NCBI GenBank assembly: GCA_964016885.1
Contig: CAXHJY010001623.1
Coordinates: 30,720 to 94,719 of the forward strand
Source of the DNA: Eledone cirrhosa
Taxonomy: Eukaryota
DNA: 64,000 bases
Direction: 5' to 3'
Below, in pieces: positions 52,721 to 64,000 of the stretch; the first letter of the stretch is position 1, and every line of letters starts with the position of its first letter. The translations under genes and the position numbers were made by a program. The notes under the pieces are model-generated. The model did no database searches. It was not told the origin of the DNA and was given only the letters and a program-made list of their open reading frames with translations.

Positions 52721-55318
52721 ATCATCTTCATCATTCAACGTCCATTTTCCACGCTAGCATGGGTTAGATGAGCTGTCATGTGAGCCATGTCAGGGGACCA
52801 TGTTTTGCTCACACAGAACTGATTTTGGCTTCATTTCTATGTCTGGTTGTCCTAACGCCAACAACAATGTGTACTGGGTGCTTTTAGTCATGTTACCAAC
52901 ACGACCACTTTACAGTGTCGATTGGGCACTCATTGTCGTGGTGCCAAGCTGACCACTTATATAGTGTTGTTTGGGGACTTGGGTGGGTGAGATGCATGGG
53001 GAATTGAAGAGGTAGATATAAGGGTGGGGTGCCTACAACGTGGAAGGTCTATGGGATGGAAGGTGGTGCATACTAGATGTATGCCTCAGCCCCTTCATAG
53101 GGGAAGGTGGGTCTTCTGTATGACAGCATAGTGCCAGAGATCATGGTCCTGTGTCATACCCTTTGAGAGGTGCAATTGTGCAAGGTCAGCTTTTATCACC
53201 TCATCCCAAGTCTTCCAACATCTCCATAGTTCCCTTCAACTTTGAGTGCCCTGCACTTTTTTATACAGCTGTCGTCTTTCATGCGCATCATGTGACCATA
53301 CCAACGTAGCCTTCTCTTGAGTAAACAACATCTGATCCCTCTTATTTCTAATTTTTCCCTTAGTTCGTTTATGCTTTGCCGTTCACGTATATTACTATTT
53401 CACATCCAGCGGAGCATGCAAGCTTCGTTCCTATCCAGTCTGCGTATATCCTCTGCACACAATGCCCAGGTCTCACTGCCATGCAACATTGCTGTTTGTA
53501 TGCAGGCATCGTACAGCCTGCCTTTTATTTTTAATTATTAGGGAGAACCCTTTAGCGGCTAATAGTATAAGCTCTCTGAACTTTTTCCATCCAGTTCTGA
53601 CTCTAGCTACTGTACTTTCAGAGCACCCTCCCCACTGCTGATTTTGTCACCCAGGTAATGGAAACTGTCCACTATTTCTATAGAGCCATCTGTGTAATGG
53701 AATGTATCTAGTATTCTGAGGGCACTTGCTGCTACTTATTGCACCAGAGCACCGGCCACATATAAAATCTATGTTCTTAGTTAGCTTACTTGTGATCCCA
53801 CTCCATTTTTCATGCATCCATACTTTTAATATGGGATATAAAATGGAGTTTCTACCTACTCCTTTCCTACACACTGAGCATGGCCATTTCCCAGATGGGA
53901 GCGGCGCCCTATTTTCCTTCCTACAAACTAGAACTTTAGTCTTAGACAGGTTAATTTTAAGGCCTTTTGATTCTAGGCCATGCTTCCATGTTTGGAATTT
54001 CTTCTCTAGTTCGGCCATTGATTCAGCTATGAGTGTTAGATCATCTGCATATAGGAGTTCCCATGGGCAGCCGGTCTTCAACTCCACTGTTATAGCCTGA
54101 AGGGCAATAATAAATAGTAGGGGGCTAAGAACGGAGCCCTGATGAACACCAACTTTTATGCTAAACTCTTCACTATATTCGTTGTTAATTCTAACCTTGC
54201 TGACTGTTTCTTTATACATGGCTTGTTTAGCTCTCACATAAGAGCCCACCAGATAATGGAACGGGGGACTCTGTCGAAGGCTTTCTCCAAGTCGACAAAA
54301 GCTCAGTATAGGGGGTTACTTTTAGCTAGGTACTTCTCCTGTAGTTGTCGTACAATGAAAAGAACGTCTGTGGTACTTTTGCCTGACACAAATCCGAACT
54401 GCATTTCATCTAGATCAATGCTCTCTCTGATTAGTTGCGCTATTACTTTTTCTGTGACCTTCATGACCTGGTCGATTAATTTAATGCCTCTTTAGTTACC
54501 CCTATCTAGGGCATCTCCTTTACCCTTGTAGCAGTTAATGATGATGCTGCTACGCCAGTCCTTCGGAACAACCTCATTCTGTATGACTTGGTTTACTATC
54601 CGGGTGACCATGGCATGTCCCACCGTACCAGCATCTTTCAACATTTCAGCAACTATTTCCGAAGGCCCAGCCGCCTTACCCGTCTTCATATCTTTGATTG
54701 CCTTACTTATTATACTACCTTCGACTAACACTGCTGGTCCCTCTATTGGGTCGATGTGGGGGAGACTGTCTTTCTCCCATTTATTCTCCTATAGATATAT
54801 AATTGTTTCTACTTTTGGCACAAGGCCAGCAATTATCCCAGTGTATTACTGGTACTTTATTCTATCGACCCCGTAAGGATGAAAGGCAAAGTTAACCGTG
54901 ACAGGATTTGAACTCAGACCATAAAGGGAGGTAACTATGCTGGAAAGCATGGCGTCCAACCCTCTACCGATAATATATCATCATCATCATTTCATTTTAC
55001 GTCCACTTTTACCTGCTTGCAAGGGTGAGACGGGAACTGATTCTGGCTTGATCTCTACAGCTGGATGCCCTTCCATAACACCAACCTCATTTACAGTGAG
55101 TGCTGGGTGCTTTTTCTCCGTGACACCTCCACGACCACTTTGCAGTGGAATGAGAGGGACTCCAGTCCCTATCATCTCATTTCTACAGCTGAGTAAACTG
55201 GAGCAATGTGAAATAAAGTGTCTTGCTCAAGGAAACAACACATCACCCGGTCTGAGAATTGAACTCACAACATTTCGATTGCCAGTCGATTGCTCTAACC
55301 ACTAAGCCATGTGCCTCC
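52721..55318 (-). mobile_element. Chimeric RTE LINE + SINE pair (amplified unit 3)
   Basis: Near-identical to 40518-43131 (offset ~12190). Confidence 0.88.
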
Positions 55319-55454
55319 ATGTATATATATATAATATATATATATATATAATATATAATAATTTCTATACTTTTTCATTTATATAATATATATATATATA
55401 ATATATACGTATATATATATATATATGTGTATATGCATACACAGACACACATGC

Positions 55455-55488
<34 letters not shown>

Positions 55489-55539
55489 ATGTATATATAT
55501 ATATGTGTGTATGTATATATATATATGTGTGTGTGTATG

Positions 55540-55572
<33 letters not shown>

Positions 55573-55575
<3 letters not shown>

Positions 55576-56090
55576 ATTGAGGTTGGTAATGGCACATGGA
55601 ATATATAAGAGACAGAATACTTTTTTGTGAAAAAACATAATTTTATAAGGTAAGGAAATAATAAAGGGTATAAAAAATGACCGGTTTCGATGGGTCTGCA
55701 AAAGCACACACATATATCTATATATATATGCGCACACAGAATTCACCACTGTCGGTTGCGGGGCCCAATCTACATGAAGAACTCAATGTGATCAGAATGA
55801 CTTGTATTTTAATTTCACTGCCCCAACTTCTTATATTATGGAAAAAATATATGTGTCTGTATGTATATATATATATATATATTTGAAGGCCATTTCTCTG
55901 TGTGTGGGTGTATGTATGTGTATATGTGTGTGTGTGTGTATGTGTGTGCATGTGGATGTATGTATTGTGTGTGCGTGTGTGTGTGTATGTGTGTATATAT
56001 ATGTGTGGGTGTGTTTATGTTTGTATGTGTGTATGTATATATATATGTGTGTGTGTGTGTATATATATAGGTGTGTGTATGTATGTGTGG

Positions 56091-56142
<52 letters not shown>

Positions 56143-56199
56143 ATATATATATATGTGTGTATGTGTGTGTGTATCTGGATGTATGTGTATGTATATATA

Positions 56200-56256
<57 letters not shown>

Positions 56257-56876
56257 ATATATGTGTGTGTGTGTATGTGTGTATGTATATGTATGTGTGT
56301 GTGTATGTATGTGTGTATATGTATATATATGTATATGTATATGTATGTATGTGTGGATGAAGGTATGTGTGTATATATAGGTGTAAGTGCACTAAATCCC
56401 TTTCTATCACGCTCCACTCTCCTACCCATCACAGGAAGATATGTGTATGTATATTGCTTCCACCCCCTCACTGACCAGCAGCTGGCCAGTTGGTGATTGC
56501 TAAATCTGACCTTTATAAAATAACCCACACCCCAAATAACTTCTCATTCACTACCAGAAAGGGACACAGCAGTCAACCTGTTGTTGCTACCTAGATGAAA
56601 ACTGCTATGAAATCCCACAATGAATTTTATACTTGAATTTTCAAGTCTCAAATTTTAACTCTTCGTATTATTAATTTTTCTTAATATTAATCAACATTTG
56701 AAAAGATGGCTTTTGCAGACCCATCGAAACCGGTCATTTTTTATACCCTTTATTATTCCCTTACCTTATAAAATTATGTTTTTTCACAAAAAAGTATTCT
56801 GTCTCTTATATATTCCATGTGCCATTACCAACCTCAATTTTCTCTATAACCTTCGTTTTGTGTAGAAAATTACACT

Positions 56877-56881
<5 letters not shown>
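55573..56881 (+). mobile_element. Copy of the 43376-45481 Penelope fragment with the GIY-YIG region (~700 bp) deleted
   Basis: The junction gggtctgcaaaagc|acacacatatatc at ~55705 joins the equivalents of 43508 and ~44208. Confidence 0.85.
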
Positions 56882-56943
<62 letters not shown>

Positions 56944-57229
56944 GATTGATATCTATCTTTACTGGTGACTCATCACAGACAAAGACTAAACTATACAAAG
57001 GTTTTTCAACTTACGTCAATGTAACAGATACACACATACATACATATATATATATATACATGTACACACACGTCAGGTACTTACATAGGTGCAATCACAC
57101 ACATACACATATATATATATATATACATGTACACACATGTCAGGTATTTACACAGGTACAATCACACACACACATATATATATATATATATACATGTACA
57201 CACATGTCAGGTATTTACACAGGTACAAT

Positions 57230-57261
<32 letters not shown>

Positions 57262-57326
57262 CATGTACACACATGTCAGGTATTTACACAGGTACAATCA
57301 CACAAACATCAATGAAACAAAGGATA

Positions 57327-57525
57327 TCATAATCTATAAAGCTCAGTGTGGGGTCATGCTCCTTCGTTATAGAAATCTACGATATAGAGTTTCTTCAATT
57401 GAAATCTACAATTCAGGATACAAAACATTTTCCTCTATGAGGTTACTAAACCTGCTAGAAACAGCAGCTAACTCTCCCCCATATCACACCCCTCCCGACT
57501 GTCTTAAATTTAGAAAACATATCTG
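57327..57525 (+). mobile_element. Truncated Helitron (copy 4)
   Basis: TC 5' end, internal deletion at ~57432, ends at the GGT array. Confidence 0.75.
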
Positions 57526-59724
57526 CGGTGGTGGTGGTGGTGGCGGTGGCGGTGGTGGTGGCGGTGGTGGTGGTGGTAGTGGTGGTGGTGGTGGTATTGG
57601 TGGCGGTGGTAGTGGTGGTAGTGGTGGTGGTGGTAGTGGTGGTGGTGGTAGTTGTGGTGATGGCAGTGGTGGTGGTATTGGTGGTGGTGGTGGTGGTAGA
57701 GGTGTTAGTGGTGGTGGTGGCGGTGATGGCAGTGGTGGTGGTGGTGGTGGTGGTGGTGGTGGTGGTGGTAGTGGTGGTGGTGGTGGTGGTGGTGGCGGTG
57801 TTGGTGGTGGTGGTGGTAGTGGGGGTAGTGGTAGTAGTCGTGGTAGTGGTGGTAGTGGTGGTGGTGGTGGCGGTAGTGGTGGTGGTGGCGGTGGTGGTAG
57901 TGGTGGTGGTGGTGGTGGCGGTGGCGGTGGTGGTGGTGGCGGTGGTAGTGGTGGTAGTGGTGGTGGTGGTAGTGGTGGTGGTGGTGGTAGTTGTGGTGGT
58001 GGTAGTGGTGGTAGTGGTGGTGGTGGTGATGGCAGTGTGGTGGTGGTGGTGGTGGTATTGGTGGCGGTGGTAGTGGTAGTGGTGATGGCAGTGGTGGTGG
58101 TGGTGGTGGTAGTGGCGGTGGTGGTAGTGGTGGTAGTGGTGGTAGTGGTGGTGGTAGTGGTGGTGGTGGTAGTGGTAGTGGTGATGGCAGTGGTGGTGGT
58201 GGTGGTGGTGGTATTGGTGGTGGTGGTAGTGGTAGAGGTGGTAGTGGTGGTGGTGGCGGTGATGGCAGTGGTGGTGGTGGTGGTGGTGGTGGTGGTGGTG
58301 GTGGTGGTAGTGGTGGTATTGGTGGTGGTGGTCGTGGTAGTGGTGGTAGTGGTGGTGGTGGCGGTGGTGGTGGTGGTAGTGGTGGTGGTGGTGGTGGTGG
58401 TAGTGGTGGTGGTAGTGGTGGTGGTGGTGGTGGTGGTAGTATTATGGTGGTGGTGGTGGTGGTGGCGGTGGTAGTGGTGGTGGTGGTGGTGGTGGTGGTG
58501 GCGGTGGAGGTAGTGGTAGTAGTCGTGGTGGTGGTGGTGGTGGCGGTGGTGGTGGTGGTAGTGGTGGTGGTAGTGATGGTGGTGGTGGTAGTGGTGGTAG
58601 TGGTGGTGGTAGTGGTGGTGGTGGTGGTGGTAGTGGTGGTGGTAGTGGTGGTGGTAGTGATGGTGGTGGTAGTGGTGGTGGTGGTGGTGGCGGTGGTGGT
58701 GGTGGTAGTAGTGGTAGTGGTGGTGGCAGTGGTGGTGGTGGTGTTGGTAGTGGTGGTGGTGGTGGTGGTAGTGGTGGTGGTAGTGGTGGTGGTGGTAGTG
58801 GTGGTGGTGGTGGTGGCGGTGGTGGTGGTGGTAGTAGTGGTAGTGGTGGTGGCAGTGGTGGTGGTGGTGTTGGTAGTGGTGGTAGTGGTGGTGGTAGTGG
58901 TGGTGGTGGTAGTGGTAGTGGTGGTGGTGGTGGTAGTGGTGTTAGTAGTGGTGGTGGTGGTGGTGGTGGTGGTGGCAGTGGTGGTGGCAGTGGTGGTGGT
59001 GGTGTTGTTAGTGGTGGTGGTGGTAGTGGTGGTGGTGGTAGTTGTGGTGGTAGTGGTGATGGCAGTGGTGGTGGTGGTGTTGGTAGTGGTGGTGGTGGTG
59101 GTAGTGGTGGTGGTAGTGGTGGTGGTGGTAGTGGTGGTGGTGGTGGTGGCGGTGGTGGTGGTGGTAGTAGTGGTGGTGGCAGTGGTGGTGGTGGTGTTGG
59201 TAGTGGTGGTGGTGGTGGTGGTGGTAGTGGTGGTGGTAGTGGTGGTGGTGGTAGTGGTAGTGGTGGCGGTGGTAGTGGTGGTGGTAGAGGGTGTTAGTGG
59301 TGGTGGTGGCGGTGATGGTAGTGGCGGTAGTGTTGGTGATAGTGGTGGTAGTGGTGGTGGTAGTGGTGGTGGTAGTAGTGGTGGTGGAGGAAGTGGAGGT
59401 GGTGGTGTTGGTAGTGGAATTGGTAGTAGTGGTGTTTGTGTCGGTGGTAGTAGTGTGGTGGAAGTGGTAAGTAGTGGTGGTTGTAGTGGTAGTAGTAGTG
59501 GTGGTGGTGGTGGAAGTGTTAGTAGTGGTGGTAGTAGTGGTAGTGGTGGTAGTAGTGGTGGTGGTTGTGGTGGTGGTAGTAGTGGTGGTGGTTGTGGTGG
59601 TGGGTAGTAGTGGTGGTGGTGGAAGTGGTAGTAGTGGTGGTTGTAGTGGTGGTGGTTGGAAGTGGTAGCAGTGGTGGTTGTGGAGGTGGTAGTGGTAGTA
59701 GTGGTGGTAGTGGTGGTGGGTGGA
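57526..59724. repeat. (GGT)n/(GTA/GGC) trinucleotide array
   Basis: Degenerate GGT repeat; the poly-G/V/T/H ORFs are artefacts. Confidence 0.97.
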
Positions 59725-59725
59725 A

Positions 59726-59945
59726 ATATTCATTAGTTAAGCAAACAAAACCACAAATTTCACAAGGAGGACATTAAGGATTGTCAACATAATTTTAGTT
59801 AATGGAAGGAATGCAAAGAATAATTATATAATTGTATATTATATAATTGTAATTATTATTATTCTTTGCATTCCTTCCATTTTGGACAATCCTTTAATGG
59901 CCTCCTTGAGAAATTTGTGATCTTGTTTGCTTAACTAATGAATAT
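59726..59945. repeat. ~220-bp fold-back (MITE-like) palindrome
   Basis: atattcattagttaagcaaacaa..aatggaaggaatgcaaagaataat / attattctttgcattccttccatt..ttgtttgcttaactaatgaatat. Confidence 0.8.
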
Positions 59946-59950
59946 ATATA

Positions 59951-60965
59951 TCATGATCATCATCATCATCATCATCATCATCACCGTTTTACGTCCGTTC
60001 TTCCACGCTAGCATGGGTTAGATGGGTTGTGCCGTTGTGGGCAGTGTCTGGTCGGCTGACCATGCCTTGCTCATACAGGAACTGATTTGGGTTGAATTCT
60101 ACAGCTGGATGCCCTTCCTAACACCAACCTCATTTACAGTGAGTGCTGGGTGCTTTTTCCGTGGCGCCTACACCGTCCACTTTACAGTGTGGGCTGGTGC
60201 TTTTTTGCTGTGGCACCTCCACGGCCACCTTGCGGTGGGAGGGTGTGGGGCATATTGTTTATATGCTTCAGCTTGTACCCATGGAGGTCGGGTACTCTGT
60301 ATTACTGCGTGACGCCAGAAGTCACGGTCGTGTATCATCGCCTTTGAGAGGTGTAGTTGGGTAAGGTCGGCTTTTATCACCTCATCCCAGGGTCTTCTTG
60401 GGTCTCCCCACTCCGCGGTTTCCATGACTTCTAGTGCTCTGCACCATTTTATGCAGCTGTCATCCTTCATACGCATCACATGTCCATACCAACGCAACCG
60501 CCTCTCCTGCACGCAGCATTTGATTCCTCTTACGCTCAGTCTCTCTCTCAATTCGTTTATGGTTTGCCATTCGCGTATATTTACTATTACACATCCATCG
60601 GAGAATGCAGGCTTCGTTTCTCTCTAATCTACGTAAGTCTTCCACCTTCAGCGCCCCACGTCCTCACTACCATGCAACATCGCTGTTCGGGATACACGCA
60701 TCATACAGTCTGCCTTTCATTCTGAGGGAGAAGCCTTTTGCAGCTAGTAGTGGTAGTAGTTCCCTAAACTTCTTTCCATCCCGTTCTTACCCTAGTTATT
60801 GTACTTTCTGAACACCCACCTCCGTTGCTAATTCGGGTCACCTAGGTAGCAGAAGCTGTCTACTGTTTCTACAGGGCCCCTCCCAGAGATTGGTGGTACT
60901 TGTTTCCTGTGGCTGTTTGCTGCTTGCTGTCCCAGCACAGCTGCTGCATGTGAAGCCTACATGTA
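59951..60965 (-). mobile_element. RTE LINE 3' fragment (third subfamily)
   Basis: LRRLERNEACILRWMC and VQERRLRWYGHVMRM; (ATC)n tail. Confidence 0.88.
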
Positions 60966-61034
60966 AATATAATATATATGCACACACATATATGTATGTA
61001 TATATATATATAAAACATATTATAAAGGAAGAAG

Positions 61035-61118
61035 AAATATTAGACATAAATGTTTGTGTACCTCTCATTATATATATATATATAATGAGAGGTACACAAA
61101 AATGTATGTCTAATATTT
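61035..61118. repeat. 84-bp palindrome centred on (TA)n
   Basis: aaatattagacataaatgtttgtgtacctctcatta(ta)n taatgagaggtacacaaaaatgtatgtctaatattt. Confidence 0.85.
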
Positions 61119-61210
61119 ATATATATATATATATTTATATATACAGATAGATATATACAGGTTGTATATATATATATTTATATATATATATATATATTTA
61201 TATATAATAT

Positions 61211-61242
<32 letters not shown>

Positions 61243-61259
61243 CAGATAGATATATACAG

Positions 61260-61309
<50 letters not shown>

Positions 61310-61410
61310 CGAAGGAAATGTGGTAAGGAACCAGGTGGACCATAACGCACCATAACGTCCAGAATTAGCCGTCGAAACGGCTTGAGCTCAGCTGTCGGGT
61401 CTTACTGGTT

Positions 61411-61473
<63 letters not shown>

Positions 61474-61492
61474 TACAGATAGATATATACAG

Positions 61493-61565
<73 letters not shown>

Positions 61566-61566
61566 T

Positions 61567-61599
<33 letters not shown>

Positions 61600-61652
61600 A
61601 TAATTTATATATATATATATATATAATTATATATACAGATAGATATATACAG

Positions 61653-61701
<49 letters not shown>

Positions 61702-61703
<2 letters not shown>

Positions 61704-61855
61704 ATTCATCATCACCGTTTTACGTCGATTCTGTTTCACGCTAGCATGGGTTAGACAGATTGTCCTGTTGTGGGCAATTTTAGGACGTCTAGCCTTGTCT
61801 TGCTCATATGGGAACTGATTTTGGCTTCGTTTCTACAGCTGGATGCCTTCCTTTC
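61702..61855 (-). mobile_element. RTE/SINE 3' tail fragment
   Basis: catcatcaccgttttacgtc..cacgctagcatgggttaga..ctacagctggatgcc. Confidence 0.7.
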
Positions 61856-61915
61856 ACACAGACACACACACATATATATATATGCATATGTGTGTATGTA
61901 TGTGTTATGTATATA

Positions 61916-61962
<47 letters not shown>

Positions 61963-63069
61963 TACATATATAGGAATATGTATGTAAACAACGCTAGAAG
62001 TACCAAATAAATCTATATCCTGTTTCTTTATATTGTCATGATAAAATAGTTTATTTTACAAATATAAAATGTGATAAAAACTGTACACCCTACCTGGCAA
62101 TTTCTAGCTTTAGTACATTTGTACGTAAAGATATATTGTAATTTCAGTTACAGAATGTTAATCTATAAACTGTAATTCGTATCTCTGCAAAATTTTATTA
62201 CAAAATAAGTTATTAAGAAAGTTATAAGAACATTTAGTGAGGGGCTCTCTAGTCTAGATTACTATCATAAATTCTACAGGCAAAGGGAGATAATAGCAAA
62301 CCGAAGGCTTTAAAGAGTTATTCCCCTTTGTTAAACGTTTCAGTCTGTGTGGTAAATACAAATGCTAGAAATGGCAGCCAAATAATAAAAATATGTAACG
62401 TGGAAAAAGTTAGAAATAGCAGCTAAGTCAGCTCTAAATTTTCATATGTATATTAACATACATGTGATAAAAATATATTTCCAGACGTATATCATATCAT
62501 ATATATTTTTAGCGGTCTTTTGGTCTATTCACCACCATGGGCTATAAAACATGTCTTTTCTCTACACCATGTGTGTTTTCTTAGTTATCTAATATATTTT
62601 TAGAAGTGTTGATCATATTGATAGGTATCTGCCGATGAGCTACATCTACAATATATATTCTTCCCTTTTATAGCGAAATATACTCTTATTTGAGCATGTC
62701 TGGATGTTATAGTTATAAATAGATGGTTACTACGCTTTAATATATTATTTTAATTGATTTGTATCCACCATTACTTCCATAGTTGATATGTTCGTCACTC
62801 TGGTGGTTTTTAATCCCCTATGATTGAACACATATCTCTATGTGTACTCTCTCCTATAAGGTGATTTATAAAGAACCCGGAATCTAATCCTTGAGCTCAT
62901 TAAATTATAGGGGATTAATGTGAGTCTTTAACAAATAATATATCATACACAAAAACGCCAGCATCAACAGTTTTCCAAGAGATGTCAACATGAATAGACC
63001 TGTTATCCAAAGATATGTTTTCCAATTCCATCTTGCCCGTCCCTTCAATTTAACTAATTTGTCATTCTT

Positions 63070-63106
63070 TCTTCTGATGAAGGACTTAGCATCTGAAACG
63101 TTAAGA
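63070..63106 (+). ncRNA. Minimal type I hammerhead of Penelope pLTR type
   Basis: tctt CTGATGA aggacttagcatct GAAAC GTT aaga. Confidence 0.65.
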
Positions 63107-63509
63107 CCCTCTTCCTGCTATTTCAAGCATTAACCTAATATATTCCTTCCATATACTGTACTGATTGTGTTGTTATTTCTGTTTACCCTTTACATATATA
63201 TATAAAATGGAAAAACTCGGTGTTTAAACAGCAAAATACCGTCAAAGCTGTGTTGGGTAAAACATTACCTCGAAGGACAGAAGTCAGCAGCTTGATGTGA
63301 GTTGACTCAAAGAAATGATCGGAAGGAAGAAATAGAATGGGTGAGAGGAGGTCACAAATATTTAAAATACATTCATCATATCTCAGGCCACCTGCAGTTT
63401 CAATGATTTATCTGAGATTACTGCGAAGAATGGGAGGCTCGTAACAACAGAGAAATAAATATCTTTGTTGGTACCCATTCTATTTCTTCCTTCCTATCAT
63501 TTCTTCACT

Positions 63510-64000
63510 ATATTTATTGTTAATTCTCACCTTGCTCACCGTTTCTTTATACATGGCTCTCACATGCCATTCATCTACTCCTAGTTTTCTAAAGGTCCAC
63601 TGGGGACTCTGTCTAAGGCTTTCTCCAAGTCAAGGAAAGCTAAGTATAGGGGTTTACTTTTAGCTAGGTACTTCTCCTGTAGTTGTTGTACAAGGAAAAG
63701 AGCGTCTGTGGTACTTTTACCTGACACAAACAAAACTGCATTTCATCTAGATCAATTTTGTCTCTGATTAGTTGTGCTATAACTCTTTCTGTGACCTTCA
63801 TGACCTGGTCAACTACCTTAATGCCTCTATAGTTTCCCCTACTAGGGCATCTCCTTTACCCTTGTAGCAGTTACGATGATGCTGCTACGCCAGTCATTTG
63901 GTATGACCCCATTCTGTATTACTTGGTTTACTGTCTGGGTGTCCATAGTATGTCCACCATTCCAGATGCCTTCAACATCTCACAACTATCTCCAAGGCCC
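63510..64000 (-). mobile_element. RTE LINE RT fragment running off the window
   Basis: Homologous to 36430-36940 (NCYKGKGDAL, QLQEKYLAKSKPLYLAFLDLEKA). Confidence 0.85.

Noticed and set aside
57089-59777. Glycine-rich, poly-Val or poly-Thr/His protein
   Set aside because: The (GGT)n array is open in several frames and its 5' part is repeat-derived.

Overview
Eukaryotic, repeat-saturated, gene-free window. The repeat content (TA/CATA microsatellites, RTE LINEs, tRNA-derived SINEs) resembles an octopus or other cephalopod genome; this is inference. Most long ORFs in the track are microsatellite artefacts. Main contents: (1) A 10.9-kb head-to-head palindromic insertion of a Naiad-type Penelope-like retroelement (RT + GIY-YIG). 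It has 5-kb near-identical arms, an 806-bp spacer and a hammerhead ribozyme (HHR) with a very long stem II at each outer end, and it lies between two ~4.4-kb (TA/CATA)n arrays. (2) About 11 decayed RTE-clade LINE fragments whose RT carries a PHD-like C4HC3 finger. (3) Helitrons, two of them delimited to the base by an empty site or a restored reading frame within the window. (4) Further Penelope fragments and several HHRs, including a 484-bp HHR-bounded, retrozyme-like direct repeat. (5) A nested inverted-plus-tandem segmental amplification at ~33.4-57.5 kb with a ~12.2-kb higher-order period. (6) A 2.2-kb (GGT)n array and several short fold-back palindromes. Everything was read by eye; no searches or folding programs were run.
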